This document shows, one piece after another, positions 32,656-43,164 of a stretch of DNA of 64,000 nt. Position numbers and translations under genes: made by a program. Each line of letters begins with the position of its first letter. The first letter of the stretch is position 1. Origin of the DNA: an uncultured Clostridia bacterium (GTDB lineage Bacteria; Bacillota; Clostridia; TANB77; CAG-508); the NCBI GenBank assembly GCA_947624195.1, contig CANQJH010000003.1, positions 7,369-71,368 of the forward strand, written 5' to 3'. The notes under the pieces are model-generated. The model did not search any database. It saw only the letters and a list, made by a program, of their open reading frames with translations, and was not told the origin of the DNA.

Positions 32656-33834
32656 TCAAAATTCTATTTTTTCTTTAGTACCTATACTTTCTTCAACTGT
32701 ATATGTTACCTTAACATCATAGTATCTATCATATTCAGTAACATCAGTTTGTTTGTCAATTACTTCACCATTAATTAATGAGTCCAATTCTTCGCAATCT
32801 AGCTTTTCTCCTAGTGTGATAGCTTCTTCCTTATTGTGCTCTACATCAATTTCATTTAATTCATAATTAGTATATTTTATAAATTCAATAGGTAAATAAA
32901 AATTAGAAAACAATTCTATTTTTTTACTTGAAACTATTGTATCATATTTTTCAAATTTTGAAAGCTTTTTATAAAAATTTATTTTAAAATTATTAAATTT
33001 TATCGCATATTTTTTGTTTATGTTTCCTGTTTCTTGCTTTTTCGTCTCTTTTTTGTAAATTTTTGTATTTTTTGCATAAACAATTTTTGCCTTTACTTCT
33101 CCATTACTATTTACATAATACTTGCCTGTATATTTTCCTTCCATCCATCCTGCAATTAGAACATCACCTTTTTTTACTTCTGCACCTTTTTCTACCATTA
33201 TTGTTCCGTTTTGAGCACTTATACTGGTTATTACACCATCTTTGCTAGCAACTATATTGCTAAAACTATTTTCATCAACTATATCTGGTTTTTCGTCAGC
33301 TTCAACAACTCTAATAATTGCATTAGTTCCTTTAATCTCAATTCCAAGCCATGCAATATCATCTCTACTTAATCGTATTTTATTAATTATGTCTTCTGTA
33401 TTTAGTCCGCTTTTAAATGTTCCTACCTTCAGTCCATTTTGCTTCGCAATGTCAATGATTTCTTCACCATTTATATTTTCTGCTCCTGTAACTTCAACAT
33501 TCCATATAAACCTAGACAAGCTAATTATTAAAACAAACAGTAAAAACAATAAAATGAAAAAAATCTTTCTTTTCTTATATCTTTTTATTAAAAATGGAAC
33601 TCCCTTTTTATTTTTTATTGTTATCAAACAACTATGTTCTTTTGAAATTTCTAATGCTCGGTCATAATCTTTAATGCCTATTTTGGCATCAATAATACTC
33701 CCCTTTTTTCGTGTAATACCCCATAAAAAAATTCCATTTTTCATACAAGTATTTATAAATCTTTCTATGTAATATCCTTCAACTTCTATCTTGATGTATC
33801 CATTTATGTAATTAGCTAATATTTTAAACCACAT
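32656..33834 (-). CDS. yqfD: Sporulation protein YqfD
   Basis: ERFIN, FIWNVEVTG, IAWLGIEIKGT, NIVASKDGVI, GDVLIAG. Confidence 0.9.
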   Translation of the reverse strand: MWFKILANYINGYIKIEVEGYYIERFINTCMKNGIFLWGITRKKGSIIDAKIGIKDYDRALEISKEHSCLITIKNKKGVPFLIKRYKKRKIFFILLFLLFVLIISLSRFIWNVEVTGAENINGEEIIDIAKQNGLKVGTFKSGLNTEDIINKIRLSRDDIAWLGIEIKGTNAIIRVVEADEKPDIVDENSFSNIVASKDGVITSISAQNGTIMVEKGAEVKKGDVLIAGWMEGKYTGKYYVNSNGEVKAKIVYAKNTKIYKKETKKQETGNINKKYAIKFNNFKINFYKKLSKFEKYDTIVSSKKIELFSNFYLPIEFIKYTNYELNEIDVEHNKEEAITLGEKLDCEELDSLINGEVIDKQTDVTEYDRYYDVKVTYTVEESIGTKEKIEF

Positions 33835-33890
33835 TTTAAAACCTCTTTATCTTTTCAACACTATTTATGGTAAAAAATGACTTTCTTTTT

Positions 33891-34160
33891 TTATCTTCCA
33901 AGTTCATTTTTTTCAAAGTCTACACTCTCTATTATTCCTGTTATAATCAAATCATCTTTAGTCATTTCATTCATCAAAAGGTTAAATCCATTTATGTTAA
34001 TTAATCCTGTTGCCATTTTTATTCTTATAAAAAAATCTTGATATTCCAATATACATTTATAATTTTCTATAAGCATTTTATCAAAACCAACAATTGTAAC
34101 TTTTGGTACATCACTTGCAATTTCATCTGGAATGCCAAATAATTTATCAAGCTTACTCAT
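33891..34160 (-). CDS. yqfC: YabP/YqfC family sporulation protein
   Basis: PKVTIVG...IENYKCILEY...ITGII; upstream of yqfD. Confidence 0.88.
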   Translation of the reverse strand: MSKLDKLFGIPDEIASDVPKVTIVGFDKMLIENYKCILEYQDFFIRIKMATGLININGFNLLMNEMTKDDLIITGIIESVDFEKNELGR

Positions 34161-34288
34161 TTTATTTTCCTCTTTCTTTTTTATTTTGCTTAATCTCTTG
34201 TTTCAAATTTCTTCCAACACTGCTCTTAATTTTTATCTCTCAAACTCTCATTTTACTTTAACTTTCTTCACTCACTCATTGTAATTCT

Positions 34289-35149
34289 TTATCTTTCAAA
34301 ATCATCTATTGATTTAAACTCATAACCTTGCTTTACTGTCTCTTTGATAACCTCATCTAAAATATTGGCATTATCTTTAGATGTAGCGTGAAGAAGCATA
34401 ATTTCTCCATTATGTAGATTATCTAAAATCTTCTTTTTACCATACTCTTCTCTGCCTTGTTTATCATTATCCCAATCGTCATATGCAAAAGACCACATAA
34501 CAGTTTTGTATCCAAGACTATTAGTGTATGCTATAGTTTTTTCACTATATTCGCCTTTGGGTGGTCTAATATATTTCATTTCGTAATTAAACTTTTCAAA
34601 TATTTCTTGATGCAGACTCATTACATCTTCTTTAATATCAGCTTCACTTATTTCAGGCATTACCTTGTGCTTTAAGGTGTGATTGCCAACAGTGTGCCCT
34701 TCATCAATCATCCTTTGCAATAAATCTGGGCTTGTTTTTACAAATTGACCGGTTACAAAAAATAAAGCACTTACCTTATTTGCTTTTAAAACATCTAAAA
34801 TCTGACTTGTATATCCATTATCATAACCAACGTCAAAAGTAAGATATATATATGGTTTATCTTTATTTCCCATTGCATATCCGTCAAATTCATCTATTAT
34901 TTTTTTATTTTCTGCACCCAAATCTGGCTGATCATGATTGTCTCCCCTTTTTATACCCCAGCCAATTTTTTTGGTGCTCAAAACAGAGTTACTTGCAACT
35001 ATTATAGTAGGACTATTACTACCTATGCTTGCTGCAAAAATAATTACTATAACAAATATCAAAAAAGCAACAACTACTACTAAATTAATTGCTTTATTTA
35101 CACACCATTTTCTAAAACATTCAAAATTAAAATTATTAAACATACACAA
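34289..35149 (-). CDS. pdaA: Spore cortex muramic delta-lactam deacetylase (PdaA-like)
   Basis: YLTFDVGY, GNHTLKH, RPPKGEYS, WSFAYDDW, LLHATS. Confidence 0.8.
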   Translation of the reverse strand: MCMFNNFNFECFRKWCVNKAINLVVVVAFLIFVIVIIFAASIGSNSPTIIVASNSVLSTKKIGWGIKRGDNHDQPDLGAENKKIIDEFDGYAMGNKDKPYIYLTFDVGYDNGYTSQILDVLKANKVSALFFVTGQFVKTSPDLLQRMIDEGHTVGNHTLKHKVMPEISEADIKEDVMSLHQEIFEKFNYEMKYIRPPKGEYSEKTIAYTNSLGYKTVMWSFAYDDWDNDKQGREEYGKKKILDNLHNGEIMLLHATSKDNANILDEVIKETVKQGYEFKSIDDFER

Positions 35150-35318
35150 TTTATTCCTTTCTCGTTTCGCTCATTAAACACATATGGGAATTAAATATTG
35201 ATTTTTTCAAACTTAATCACCTTTTATTTACTTTTTAAATTATATTAATTTTCTAACAACTTATGAATCAATATTTTTAATTTTATATAAACTATTTTTA
35301 TTTAATTGTTTACATAAA

Positions 35319-35365
35319 TAATACACCATAAAGATTAGATTGCGTCTAATCTTTATGGTGTATTA
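35319..35365. terminator. Long hairpin after gatD
   Basis: 21-bp perfect inverted repeat TAATACACCATAAAGATTAGA with a 5-nt loop. Confidence 0.75.
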
Positions 35366-35405
35366 AAATGTTTTATCTTTTTTACTTTTATTTATTACAC
35401 TACCC

Positions 35406-36152
35406 TTATTTTACAAACTTATTTAACAATTGTTCTCTACATTTCTCTTCTAAGTTGTCATCCAATTGCTTTAACTCTATTTTTTCATTAAAATTCGCTT
35501 TTCTTTCTAAGCAATATTTTATTATATAATCAGCAATCTTTGGATTTTTAGAAAGCAGTGGTCCATGCAAGTATGTTGCAATTACATTTTTTAAGAAAAA
35601 CCCTTCTTCTTTATCTTCAAATTTATTTCCATTTCCAACTACTACCTTACCAAAAGGAGTATCGACATTAAATGTTTGTCCTCCATGATTTTCAAATCCT
35701 ATTACTTCCGTTTCCTCTCCATCTATATTAGCTTTAGTTACGATATTTCCTATACATCTTTTGGTTCTATCTTGCTGCGCCTCTGTGTAATAATCAAATA
35801 CTTCAAGTCCTGGAATAATATTGCCTTCCACTCCTTTATAGTACTTTCCAAATAATTGATAAGCTCCACAAATAAGTAGAAAAAATGTTCCTTGGTTTAC
35901 TGCTTCTTTTATTGCTTCTTTGTGTTTCATTAGATCATCTGATAATATAGTCTGCTCATTATCCGCTCCACCTCCCGCAAAAACTATATCATAACTTTTA
36001 AAATCAGGAGCAGGATCATTTATAGAATATTTATCAACTAAAAGTGTAATATCTCTTTTTTCGCATCTATATTTTAAGACTTGGATATTACCATAATCTC
36101 CATATAATTCCATCATATCTGGATATAAATATAATAATCTTAACTCTTGCAT
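35406..36152 (-). CDS. gatD: GatD/CobQ-like glutamine amidotransferase
   Basis: LYGDYGN, ICGAYQLFG, GFENHGG, TYLHGPLLSKNP. Confidence 0.85.
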   Translation of the reverse strand: MQELRLLYLYPDMMELYGDYGNIQVLKYRCEKRDITLLVDKYSINDPAPDFKSYDIVFAGGGADNEQTILSDDLMKHKEAIKEAVNQGTFFLLICGAYQLFGKYYKGVEGNIIPGLEVFDYYTEAQQDRTKRCIGNIVTKANIDGEETEVIGFENHGGQTFNVDTPFGKVVVGNGNKFEDKEEGFFLKNVIATYLHGPLLSKNPKIADYIIKYCLERKANFNEKIELKQLDDNLEEKCREQLLNKFVK

Positions 36153-36176
36153 TTTACTGCCTTTCTAATTATTAAT

Positions 36177-37124
36177 CTAGAAACCTTTCATTTCTAGTAT
36201 GGTTCTTTTTATTAATTGTTTTATATTTTTTATTTTTATATTTTTTGCTATCTTCCTTTTCTTTAATTCATTTGTAAAATATTGCCTATTTGCTCCATCA
36301 ATTTCAGGAAGTATTGCTAATAATGAATTAGTTAAAAAAATCATAAAGTTTTCCATAGTCAATTTATCTAAATTCAACTTTTTTGCTTTTTTAATCAATT
36401 CATCATAATTCACTAAAATATCTTCTACTTTTTTTCTTTTCTTTTGTTCATCTTTGCTTCTCATAATACTGTCTTTTGATAAAACATAGTAATATTCATT
36501 TTTGTCAAGTGAAACCATAGTTTTTGCCTTTAGCATTATAATTGGCATTATAGCAAAATCCTCATGATATTTTCCTTCTGGAAATTCAGAAACCAAATAT
36601 CTTTTAATTGCATAATTCCAAGCGCTAGATATTAATTTATCTTTTCCATACAAGTAATTAAATCCATCTTTTCCAGTTTTTACATCAAATGGATAACACT
36701 CTTCTTTTCCTACTGTCTTACCTTCTTCATTTAAATATACTGGATTCCATTTTATTAAATCTATATTTTGGTTTACATATGTTTCAATATCACGCAATAA
36801 ATATTCTGAAATGAAGTCATCACTATCTACAAAAATTATATAATCGCCTTTTGATTTTTGTAACCCAACATTTCTCGCTTTAGATGGTCCACTATTTTCC
36901 TGTGTATAATAAATAATTTTGGCTTGATTATTTACTATATTTTTTTCGTTTGTTATTTGTTCATCAATAATCTGGTTAATAATGTTATCAGTACCATCAT
37001 TTGAGCCATCATTAACAATAACTATCTCATATTTCAAAGTAGTATCTTTTTGATTTAATATTGACATTATTGTTCTTTTAATTGTCTTTTCTGCATTATA
37101 CGCAGGAACTATAAAACTAATCAT
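36177..37124 (-). CDS. Glycosyltransferase family 2
   Basis: ISFIVPAYN, VNDGS, ARNVGL, FVDSDD, HED. Confidence 0.9.
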   Translation of the reverse strand: MISFIVPAYNAEKTIKRTIMSILNQKDTTLKYEIVIVNDGSNDGTDNIINQIIDEQITNEKNIVNNQAKIIYYTQENSGPSKARNVGLQKSKGDYIIFVDSDDFISEYLLRDIETYVNQNIDLIKWNPVYLNEEGKTVGKEECYPFDVKTGKDGFNYLYGKDKLISSAWNYAIKRYLVSEFPEGKYHEDFAIMPIIMLKAKTMVSLDKNEYYYVLSKDSIMRSKDEQKKRKKVEDILVNYDELIKKAKKLNLDKLTMENFMIFLTNSLLAILPEIDGANRQYFTNELKKRKIAKNIKIKNIKQLIKRTILEMKGF

Positions 37125-37185
37125 TTAGTATTTCCTTCTTAATTTCATAAAATTTTCTTGTTCTTTTGTTGATACAAAGTTCATA

Positions 37186-38283
37186 TTAGCTACCCGAAAT
37201 TATCTTGTCCAATTTTTCTAATATTTGATTATTGAATTCATCCACATCAAATCTTTCAGCATTAAAGCCATTTTGTAGAAATTGCTTCATCCCCTCATAA
37301 ACACCCTTTTCGCTTTTTTCAACTACTATTCCATACTTATTAGCTATATCTAATTTACTGTCAGATACATCGGTTGTTATAATTGGTTTATTCAAAACTT
37401 TCGCTTCCACAAATACAACTGGATATCCTTCAAATTCAGAGGACATCAAAAGTGCATCACTGTTTTTCAAATAAGGATATGGATTTTGCTTTGGTCCAAG
37501 AAATTCAATATTTTTAATATTTCTTGACATCTCTTGATATTTTTTAGTTGAAGTTCCTTTTCCTACAAAAACAACTCTAAATTTGTATCCTTCTTTGTTA
37601 AGCTTTTTAGTTGCATTAATTATTCTACTTAACCTTTTTTGTTTTTCATCATGCCTACCAATATTAATGAATGTAACTATATCATCTCTTTTTTCAAATT
37701 CAACACTTTCCTCAGACTTTTTTATAATTTTATCATCATCTATTAAATTATTACACACTACTACTTTTTTGCTACACTCTGGGAACTGTGCTATAAATAC
37801 TCTTTTATCCATATTAGACACAAAAACTATTTTCTTATAATCAAATATCTTGATATCTTTAAAAAACTTTCTATATTGAATAATATCATTATCATAAAAA
37901 TTTAAATAATCGTTGTGTACCCATAAAGCACAGTTTTTACTAGCAGTTCTTGCCACAAAAGATGATGGAAAACTATAAGTTGCAAAACAAGCTGAAAAAT
38001 CAAATTTATTTTTGTACTTTAATTTAAATTTGAATTGTCTAAAAAAATTAGACATTTTTCTAAGCAATACATTCTTTATTTGGCATGGCTCATATGTTAT
38101 TACGTTAATGTTCTTTGGTAATTGATTTAGAAAAACGCCCTGTTTTCTCTCTAAAACTAGAGTTATATTATATTTATTAGATAATTTTTTTAACAAAGTT
38201 ATAAGTGCTGTTTCTATCCCACCTACATCCAGTGAATATGATGCAAACAGTATTTTTTTCACTTTAAGTTCATCCCTTTCCAT
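37186..38283 (-). CDS. Glycosyltransferase family 4
   Basis: GGIETAL, IGRH..QK, SEFEGYPVVFVEA. Confidence 0.88.
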   Translation of the reverse strand: MERDELKVKKILFASYSLDVGGIETALITLLKKLSNKYNITLVLERKQGVFLNQLPKNINVITYEPCQIKNVLLRKMSNFFRQFKFKLKYKNKFDFSACFATYSFPSSFVARTASKNCALWVHNDYLNFYDNDIIQYRKFFKDIKIFDYKKIVFVSNMDKRVFIAQFPECSKKVVVCNNLIDDDKIIKKSEESVEFEKRDDIVTFINIGRHDEKQKRLSRIINATKKLNKEGYKFRVVFVGKGTSTKKYQEMSRNIKNIEFLGPKQNPYPYLKNSDALLMSSEFEGYPVVFVEAKVLNKPIITTDVSDSKLDIANKYGIVVEKSEKGVYEGMKQFLQNGFNAERFDVDEFNNQILEKLDKIISGS

Positions 38284-38307
38284 CTCTACCCAAGAAATTT
38301 TAATACT

Positions 38308-38949
38308 TTAAACGGTTATAATTTTAACTTTGTAACCTATGAATAATCCTGATTCTATTACACCTGGTATTTGTTTTATTTTCTTTTCTAGGCTAACATC
38401 AATATTTTCAAATTTGGTATCTAAAATTGCATTTTGATTTTCTGTCATACCTCTAAAAATAGTTTCTGTAGCTCCCAAACCTTTTAATTCGGCAGATACA
38501 TATTTAACAGCTGTTGGAAATACTTCAACAGGCACAGGGTGCTTCTTTCCAAGCTTGTCCACGAATTTTGTATCATCAACTAAAATATAAGTTATTGGAG
38601 AATTTACCATGTTTAACTTTTCCTTAAACATAGCAGCTCCCATACCTTTTATCAAATTATCATCTGGATCCACTTCATCAGCTCCATCAAATGACCAGTC
38701 TATACTATCCTCTACTAAATTTCCTAATTTAATTCCATATACGTTACATACATTTTCAATTTCCTTAGATGTTGGGATAGCCTTAATATCTAGTTTGTTT
38801 TCTTTGACCTTTTTCCCTATTTCTATTGCAGTTAAATATGAGGTTGACCCCGAGCCAAACCCAATGGTTTGGCCGTTTTCAACCTTTTCTGCTAATTTTT
38901 TTGCAAGAATAATTTTTTGTTCTTTATTAGTTATATTATTTATATCCAT
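38308..38949 (-). CDS. rpiA: Ribose-5-phosphate isomerase A
   Basis: GFGSGST, DGADEVD, LIKGMG, PVEV, PGVIESGLF. Confidence 0.92.
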   Translation of the reverse strand: MDINNITNKEQKIILAKKLAEKVENGQTIGFGSGSTSYLTAIEIGKKVKENKLDIKAIPTSKEIENVCNVYGIKLGNLVEDSIDWSFDGADEVDPDDNLIKGMGAAMFKEKLNMVNSPITYILVDDTKFVDKLGKKHPVPVEVFPTAVKYVSAELKGLGATETIFRGMTENQNAILDTKFENIDVSLEKKIKQIPGVIESGLFIGYKVKIITV

Positions 38950-38990
38950 ATACTTTCCTTTATATACAACTGCTTAATAATTAGACTTTA

Positions 38991-40805
38991 TTAATCTTTG
39001 CTCTTTTTATTTTTTATATCTTTTAAAAACTCATCTTTGTCAAATTCTTCTTTTGCGTGTTTTTTTGTTAATTTTTTTCTTTTATCTTTAATTTCCTTTT
39101 CTAACTCTGCTAGCTTTTTAGCCCTAGCTTCATCATCTTTATTGTAATCTTCTTCAGCTAAAACCTCATCTTCTTTAATTTTTAATTCTTTTTCTTCATC
39201 TGTACCTTTTGAATTTTCTTCTACCTCTTCTTTGCTTTCTAAAAATTCTCCATTATCCTCTTCATCATTTGAATTTAATCTTTTACTTTCCATAAGCCCT
39301 GCTAGCTTATCAAATGACTCATTTTTTTCTTTTTCATCTTTTTCTATTTCTTTAGCAGTTTCTTTGTATTCATCACTTAATTTTTTCAAATTTTTGTCTG
39401 TTAAATATGTATCTTCCTCGTCATAGTTAAATAGTTTTTTCTTCTTTTCTTCTAGTTCTTCGTCATTTAGTTTATTGTTATATTTATCATATTCCTCATC
39501 TTCTTCACTGCCAGCTTTTTCTTTAAGATTTTTCTTATGATTAATTATTAACAATACAACTAATACTACAGCTAATACTCCTATTATTCCTAGCACAAGT
39601 CCTATAATTAATTTCTTTCTATTTTTCTCTTTTAATTCTATATTCTCATTTGCAGCTTCAAAAAGAGGGTCTTCCTTGTTAACTGTAATTTGATAAACTG
39701 ATTTTACATTTTCATCTGTTGGTGAAGTTAAAGTTATTTTGACTAAATTTCTTCCAACATGTAAACTATCTGCACCATCAATTGTTACTACAATATTTTC
39801 ATTATCAACCTGACCATTTACTTCCAGTTTTTCAATATCTTTTGATACATCTAATTCATAATTAAATGTTTCTTTATCAAATTTAGGAGTTAATTCAACC
39901 TCTTCTATCATCCCTTTTTCATCTACTGTGTTAACAACTAATGAGCTCAATCTTAAATCTGACTGTTGTATTATTTCTGGTTTTATAAATGAAATTTTAT
40001 ATGTTCTAACAGAAGAATCTTCTGCCATTACATCTACCTCAATGTTGTTCTCTCCGTCTTTTACGTTTATTGCTCCAGTGCCTCCAACTCTTGATCTACT
40101 ATCTTCTGCAAGAGCTGATACTGTAACTGTATTTAAGGTACTGTAATCAAAATCTTCTTCAAATTCTAATGAATATTGTAATCTTTCTCTACTAAATGCT
40201 GGTGTTAACTTGCCAACATTTACAGATAATGACCTTAAGTAATTATTATTTGATTTTGTAGGCTCCTCTGGAGTTGTTTGTGTTGGATTAGTTTCTTGTG
40301 GTATATGTGTAGTATTTCCTGATGGTGTTTCGGTAGAACCATTTCCACTTCCCGTATCGCCACTTCCTGTATTTCCACTTCCTCCACCCTGTTCTTCTGG
40401 TGGCTTAGAAGCTTCTGTAACTGTAACTGTCTTCGATTCAGAAACTTGTATAGTTGATTTATCAGCATCTGTAACTGTGCCTCTTAAACTAATTTCTATT
40501 GTTCCCACACTACTTGGAGTATATGAAGTAGAATAACTTATTGATTTATTTCCATCTACATTATCAGTTTCATGGGTACCATCTCCTAATTTTATTGTAC
40601 CATTAACATATACATCTAAATTCCATTGTACCCCACTTCCAGAAATACTTATATTTATCGGAGTATTGACTTGGACGGAGCTATCACAACTCCACGTATA
40701 ATTTGCGGCATTAACTGTAGTTGTATTAATGAAGTAAGTAACAAAAATCAATATGACTACCATTAGGATTTTGATTTGTTTTCCTATAAAAATTTTTAAA
40801 TTCAT
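38991..40805 (-). CDS. Secreted beta-sandwich + two cadherin-like domains, TM anchor, long charged cytoplasmic tail
   Basis: Signal peptide; SNNNYLRSLSVNVGKLTPAF..., LTPKFDKETFNY...; TM; E/K-rich tail. Confidence 0.75.
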   Translation of the reverse strand: MNLKIFIGKQIKILMVVILIFVTYFINTTTVNAANYTWSCDSSVQVNTPINISISGSGVQWNLDVYVNGTIKLGDGTHETDNVDGNKSISYSTSYTPSSVGTIEISLRGTVTDADKSTIQVSESKTVTVTEASKPPEEQGGGSGNTGSGDTGSGNGSTETPSGNTTHIPQETNPTQTTPEEPTKSNNNYLRSLSVNVGKLTPAFSRERLQYSLEFEEDFDYSTLNTVTVSALAEDSRSRVGGTGAINVKDGENNIEVDVMAEDSSVRTYKISFIKPEIIQQSDLRLSSLVVNTVDEKGMIEEVELTPKFDKETFNYELDVSKDIEKLEVNGQVDNENIVVTIDGADSLHVGRNLVKITLTSPTDENVKSVYQITVNKEDPLFEAANENIELKEKNRKKLIIGLVLGIIGVLAVVLVVLLIINHKKNLKEKAGSEEDEEYDKYNNKLNDEELEEKKKKLFNYDEEDTYLTDKNLKKLSDEYKETAKEIEKDEKEKNESFDKLAGLMESKRLNSNDEEDNGEFLESKEEVEENSKGTDEEKELKIKEDEVLAEEDYNKDDEARAKKLAELEKEIKDKRKKLTKKHAKEEFDKDEFLKDIKNKKSKD

Positions 40806-40818
40806 TATTTCCTCCTAA

Positions 40819-42966
40819 TTAATATAATTCAATATTTGACCTTTTTAACACATGTAATTTAAGTATATATGTATCGCCTGTATCTATACTGTTATCCCCA
40901 TTTACATCTGAAGAAAGCTTCAAAATATCAGTATTAGCAACTTCTCTATTTAATACAAATAATTTTAATTGATATGTATCTCCTGTATCTATGTTTCCAT
41001 CCCCATTAATGTCACCTAATTTAATTACAGTATACTCTTTTCCTTCTATTGTCGCTTTGTATCCAGTACCAACCACACCATTTTCAATGTTGCTTCCATC
41101 AGCTTTTGTAATTTTAACATTTTCGCCAAATTGTGATTTTAATGTGCTTTCGCTTACATCTTGTTCTACAAATATTGTATTTTTACCATCATCTTTTTTT
41201 ACATCTACTAATGGCTCTCTTGGTGTTTCTGGTACTTGTGGTACTTCGACTTTTCCACTTGGTACATTGCCATTGTTATCTCTTAAATAAGATCTTGCAA
41301 CATATCCTATTGCACCATCTGGTGTTGTAACTTTATCCCAATAATATCCATTTATCTCAGCAGTTCCGATTTCGGTTCTTGTAACCTTTGTTCCATCTGG
41401 TAATAGACGTATTGCTTCTCCGGCCGGCTCTCTACGTAAGAATAATCCTCCGTCAGCTCTTATTGTAAATACATTTTCTGATTGCGTAGCTATTTGCAAA
41501 TATTCACTTGCTACAAATCCTTGTTTACCATCTGCTAGCTGTACTCTATCCCATGACCTGCCATCTATGTTGTATCTATCCTTGTCTATTCTAGTCATTT
41601 GCTGTCCATATGTCAAAGTTGTAATTATAGCTTGGCTTGAGCCAGGTCCTGCTCTTAAGTTCACATCATTTCCTGTCAATACAACACTTTCATTGCAGTT
41701 TGTAATATCATCTATTTCTTCAAAATAGTTAGTATCAAAATATATGTATCCTACTGTACCGTCTACTAATACAATTTTATGCCATCCATCTCCATATCTT
41801 TCCACTGAAAGAACTATTACACTACTATCTTGTATCATAGTTACTACTCTACTTGATGTACTTCTTGACTCTCTAACGTTTATTTGACTGTGTCCTTGTT
41901 TAACTCTAATGTTCTTAGGTCTAGTCTCTCCCATATTACCTGGAGTTTCGCATGGACTTGAAGGCATATTTTTTAATACTGGAATTACTAATGTTAAAGG
42001 TTGATTTAGTATTCCTGAATCTTTTATTTTAGAGTACATCAAACTAGCTTCTGATTTAGGAGCTTCGATATTTTGCATGTATTGATGATATAAACCACCA
42101 TATGTTTCTACGTCAAATTTGTTTAAGTAAATTGTATCTTGTTTTTGATTTATGTAATCTGAGAATAGTATCTGTATTCCACCTGCTATACTTTTCTCTA
42201 ATGAATCCCAGCCCTTTTCTTTTGCCTTAGCTAGTGCATTTGCTACAACTGCAGCCTCCCCGTCTCCACTTGCACCTATATTAAATATATTATAATAATA
42301 CTTTCCATCTGCTGCCATTTTATATGTAGAACCACCATTTACGCCTTGCTCTTGTATAATTCTAGCTATTACATAAAATGGGTTTGCATTATTGTCTCTA
42401 CAAGCATTGTTAATTGCTCTAGCATTATCCCATCCTTGACCATCTCTATCTAAGAATGTGTTTCTAATTGCATTGTATATGTTTTCATCTGAAGTATCAA
42501 CTCTACCAATTTGTAAGAATTGTAATATTGTTGAACTATTAGGATCCATCCAGTTTCTTGGGTCCATGTAGTATTTGATGGCACTTTCTGAGGCATGGTA
42601 CCAAGAGCCACTATCAAATGTTCTTGAACCACATGTCGAACAAAGCCATGCTCCTGACTTTCCTTGGATTAATGAATATGGACTAGTTGCTGATGAAAAT
42701 GAGCTTTCTGCTATAATTACTTGATTCCAGTCTAGATTCGTTTCCATTATAACTATATTCCAGTTTGGATGAACTGATTTAATTGCATCTATTTTTTCTT
42801 TATATCCTGGATATTTGCCAGTGTCTAAATTATTTCCATCATATGTATATCTATAAGAATCTGCATTACTAGTATTTGTAAAAACTCCAAATAGGCTCAA
42901 TACCATAATAAAAGCTATCATTATAGATATTGCTTTTGTATAAAAAAACTTGACTTTTCTCAACAT
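40819..42966 (-). CDS. Glucosaminidase-like autolysin with 3 SH3b domains and C-terminal dockerin
   Basis: YYMDPRNW, ARIIQEQG, YYNIFNIGA, HQYMQNI; SH3b repeats; GDINGDGNIDTGD x2. Confidence 0.82.
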   Translation of the reverse strand: MLRKVKFFYTKAISIMIAFIMVLSLFGVFTNTSNADSYRYTYDGNNLDTGKYPGYKEKIDAIKSVHPNWNIVIMETNLDWNQVIIAESSFSSATSPYSLIQGKSGAWLCSTCGSRTFDSGSWYHASESAIKYYMDPRNWMDPNSSTILQFLQIGRVDTSDENIYNAIRNTFLDRDGQGWDNARAINNACRDNNANPFYVIARIIQEQGVNGGSTYKMAADGKYYYNIFNIGASGDGEAAVVANALAKAKEKGWDSLEKSIAGGIQILFSDYINQKQDTIYLNKFDVETYGGLYHQYMQNIEAPKSEASLMYSKIKDSGILNQPLTLVIPVLKNMPSSPCETPGNMGETRPKNIRVKQGHSQINVRESRSTSSRVVTMIQDSSVIVLSVERYGDGWHKIVLVDGTVGYIYFDTNYFEEIDDITNCNESVVLTGNDVNLRAGPGSSQAIITTLTYGQQMTRIDKDRYNIDGRSWDRVQLADGKQGFVASEYLQIATQSENVFTIRADGGLFLRREPAGEAIRLLPDGTKVTRTEIGTAEINGYYWDKVTTPDGAIGYVARSYLRDNNGNVPSGKVEVPQVPETPREPLVDVKKDDGKNTIFVEQDVSESTLKSQFGENVKITKADGSNIENGVVGTGYKATIEGKEYTVIKLGDINGDGNIDTGDTYQLKLFVLNREVANTDILKLSSDVNGDNSIDTGDTYILKLHVLKRSNIELY

Positions 42967-43080
42967 TTTATCCTCCGTTTTTTGTCACATTTTTTCCTAT
43001 ATTGTATTGTATCATTATGAATATTTTTAGTCAAGTTCGAAATATTAGAAATTTATTCATTTTTTATATTAAAATATACT

Positions 43081-43125
43081 AAAAAAGCTTATATTACCGT
43101 TATATGCGATAAAATAAGCTTTTTT
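43081..43125. terminator. Terminator between the two modules
   Basis: AAAAAAGCTTAT...ATAAGCTTTTTT. Confidence 0.7.
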
Positions 43126-43164
43126 ACATTTATGTTAAATTTTTATTTCATCTTTTTAATTGTT

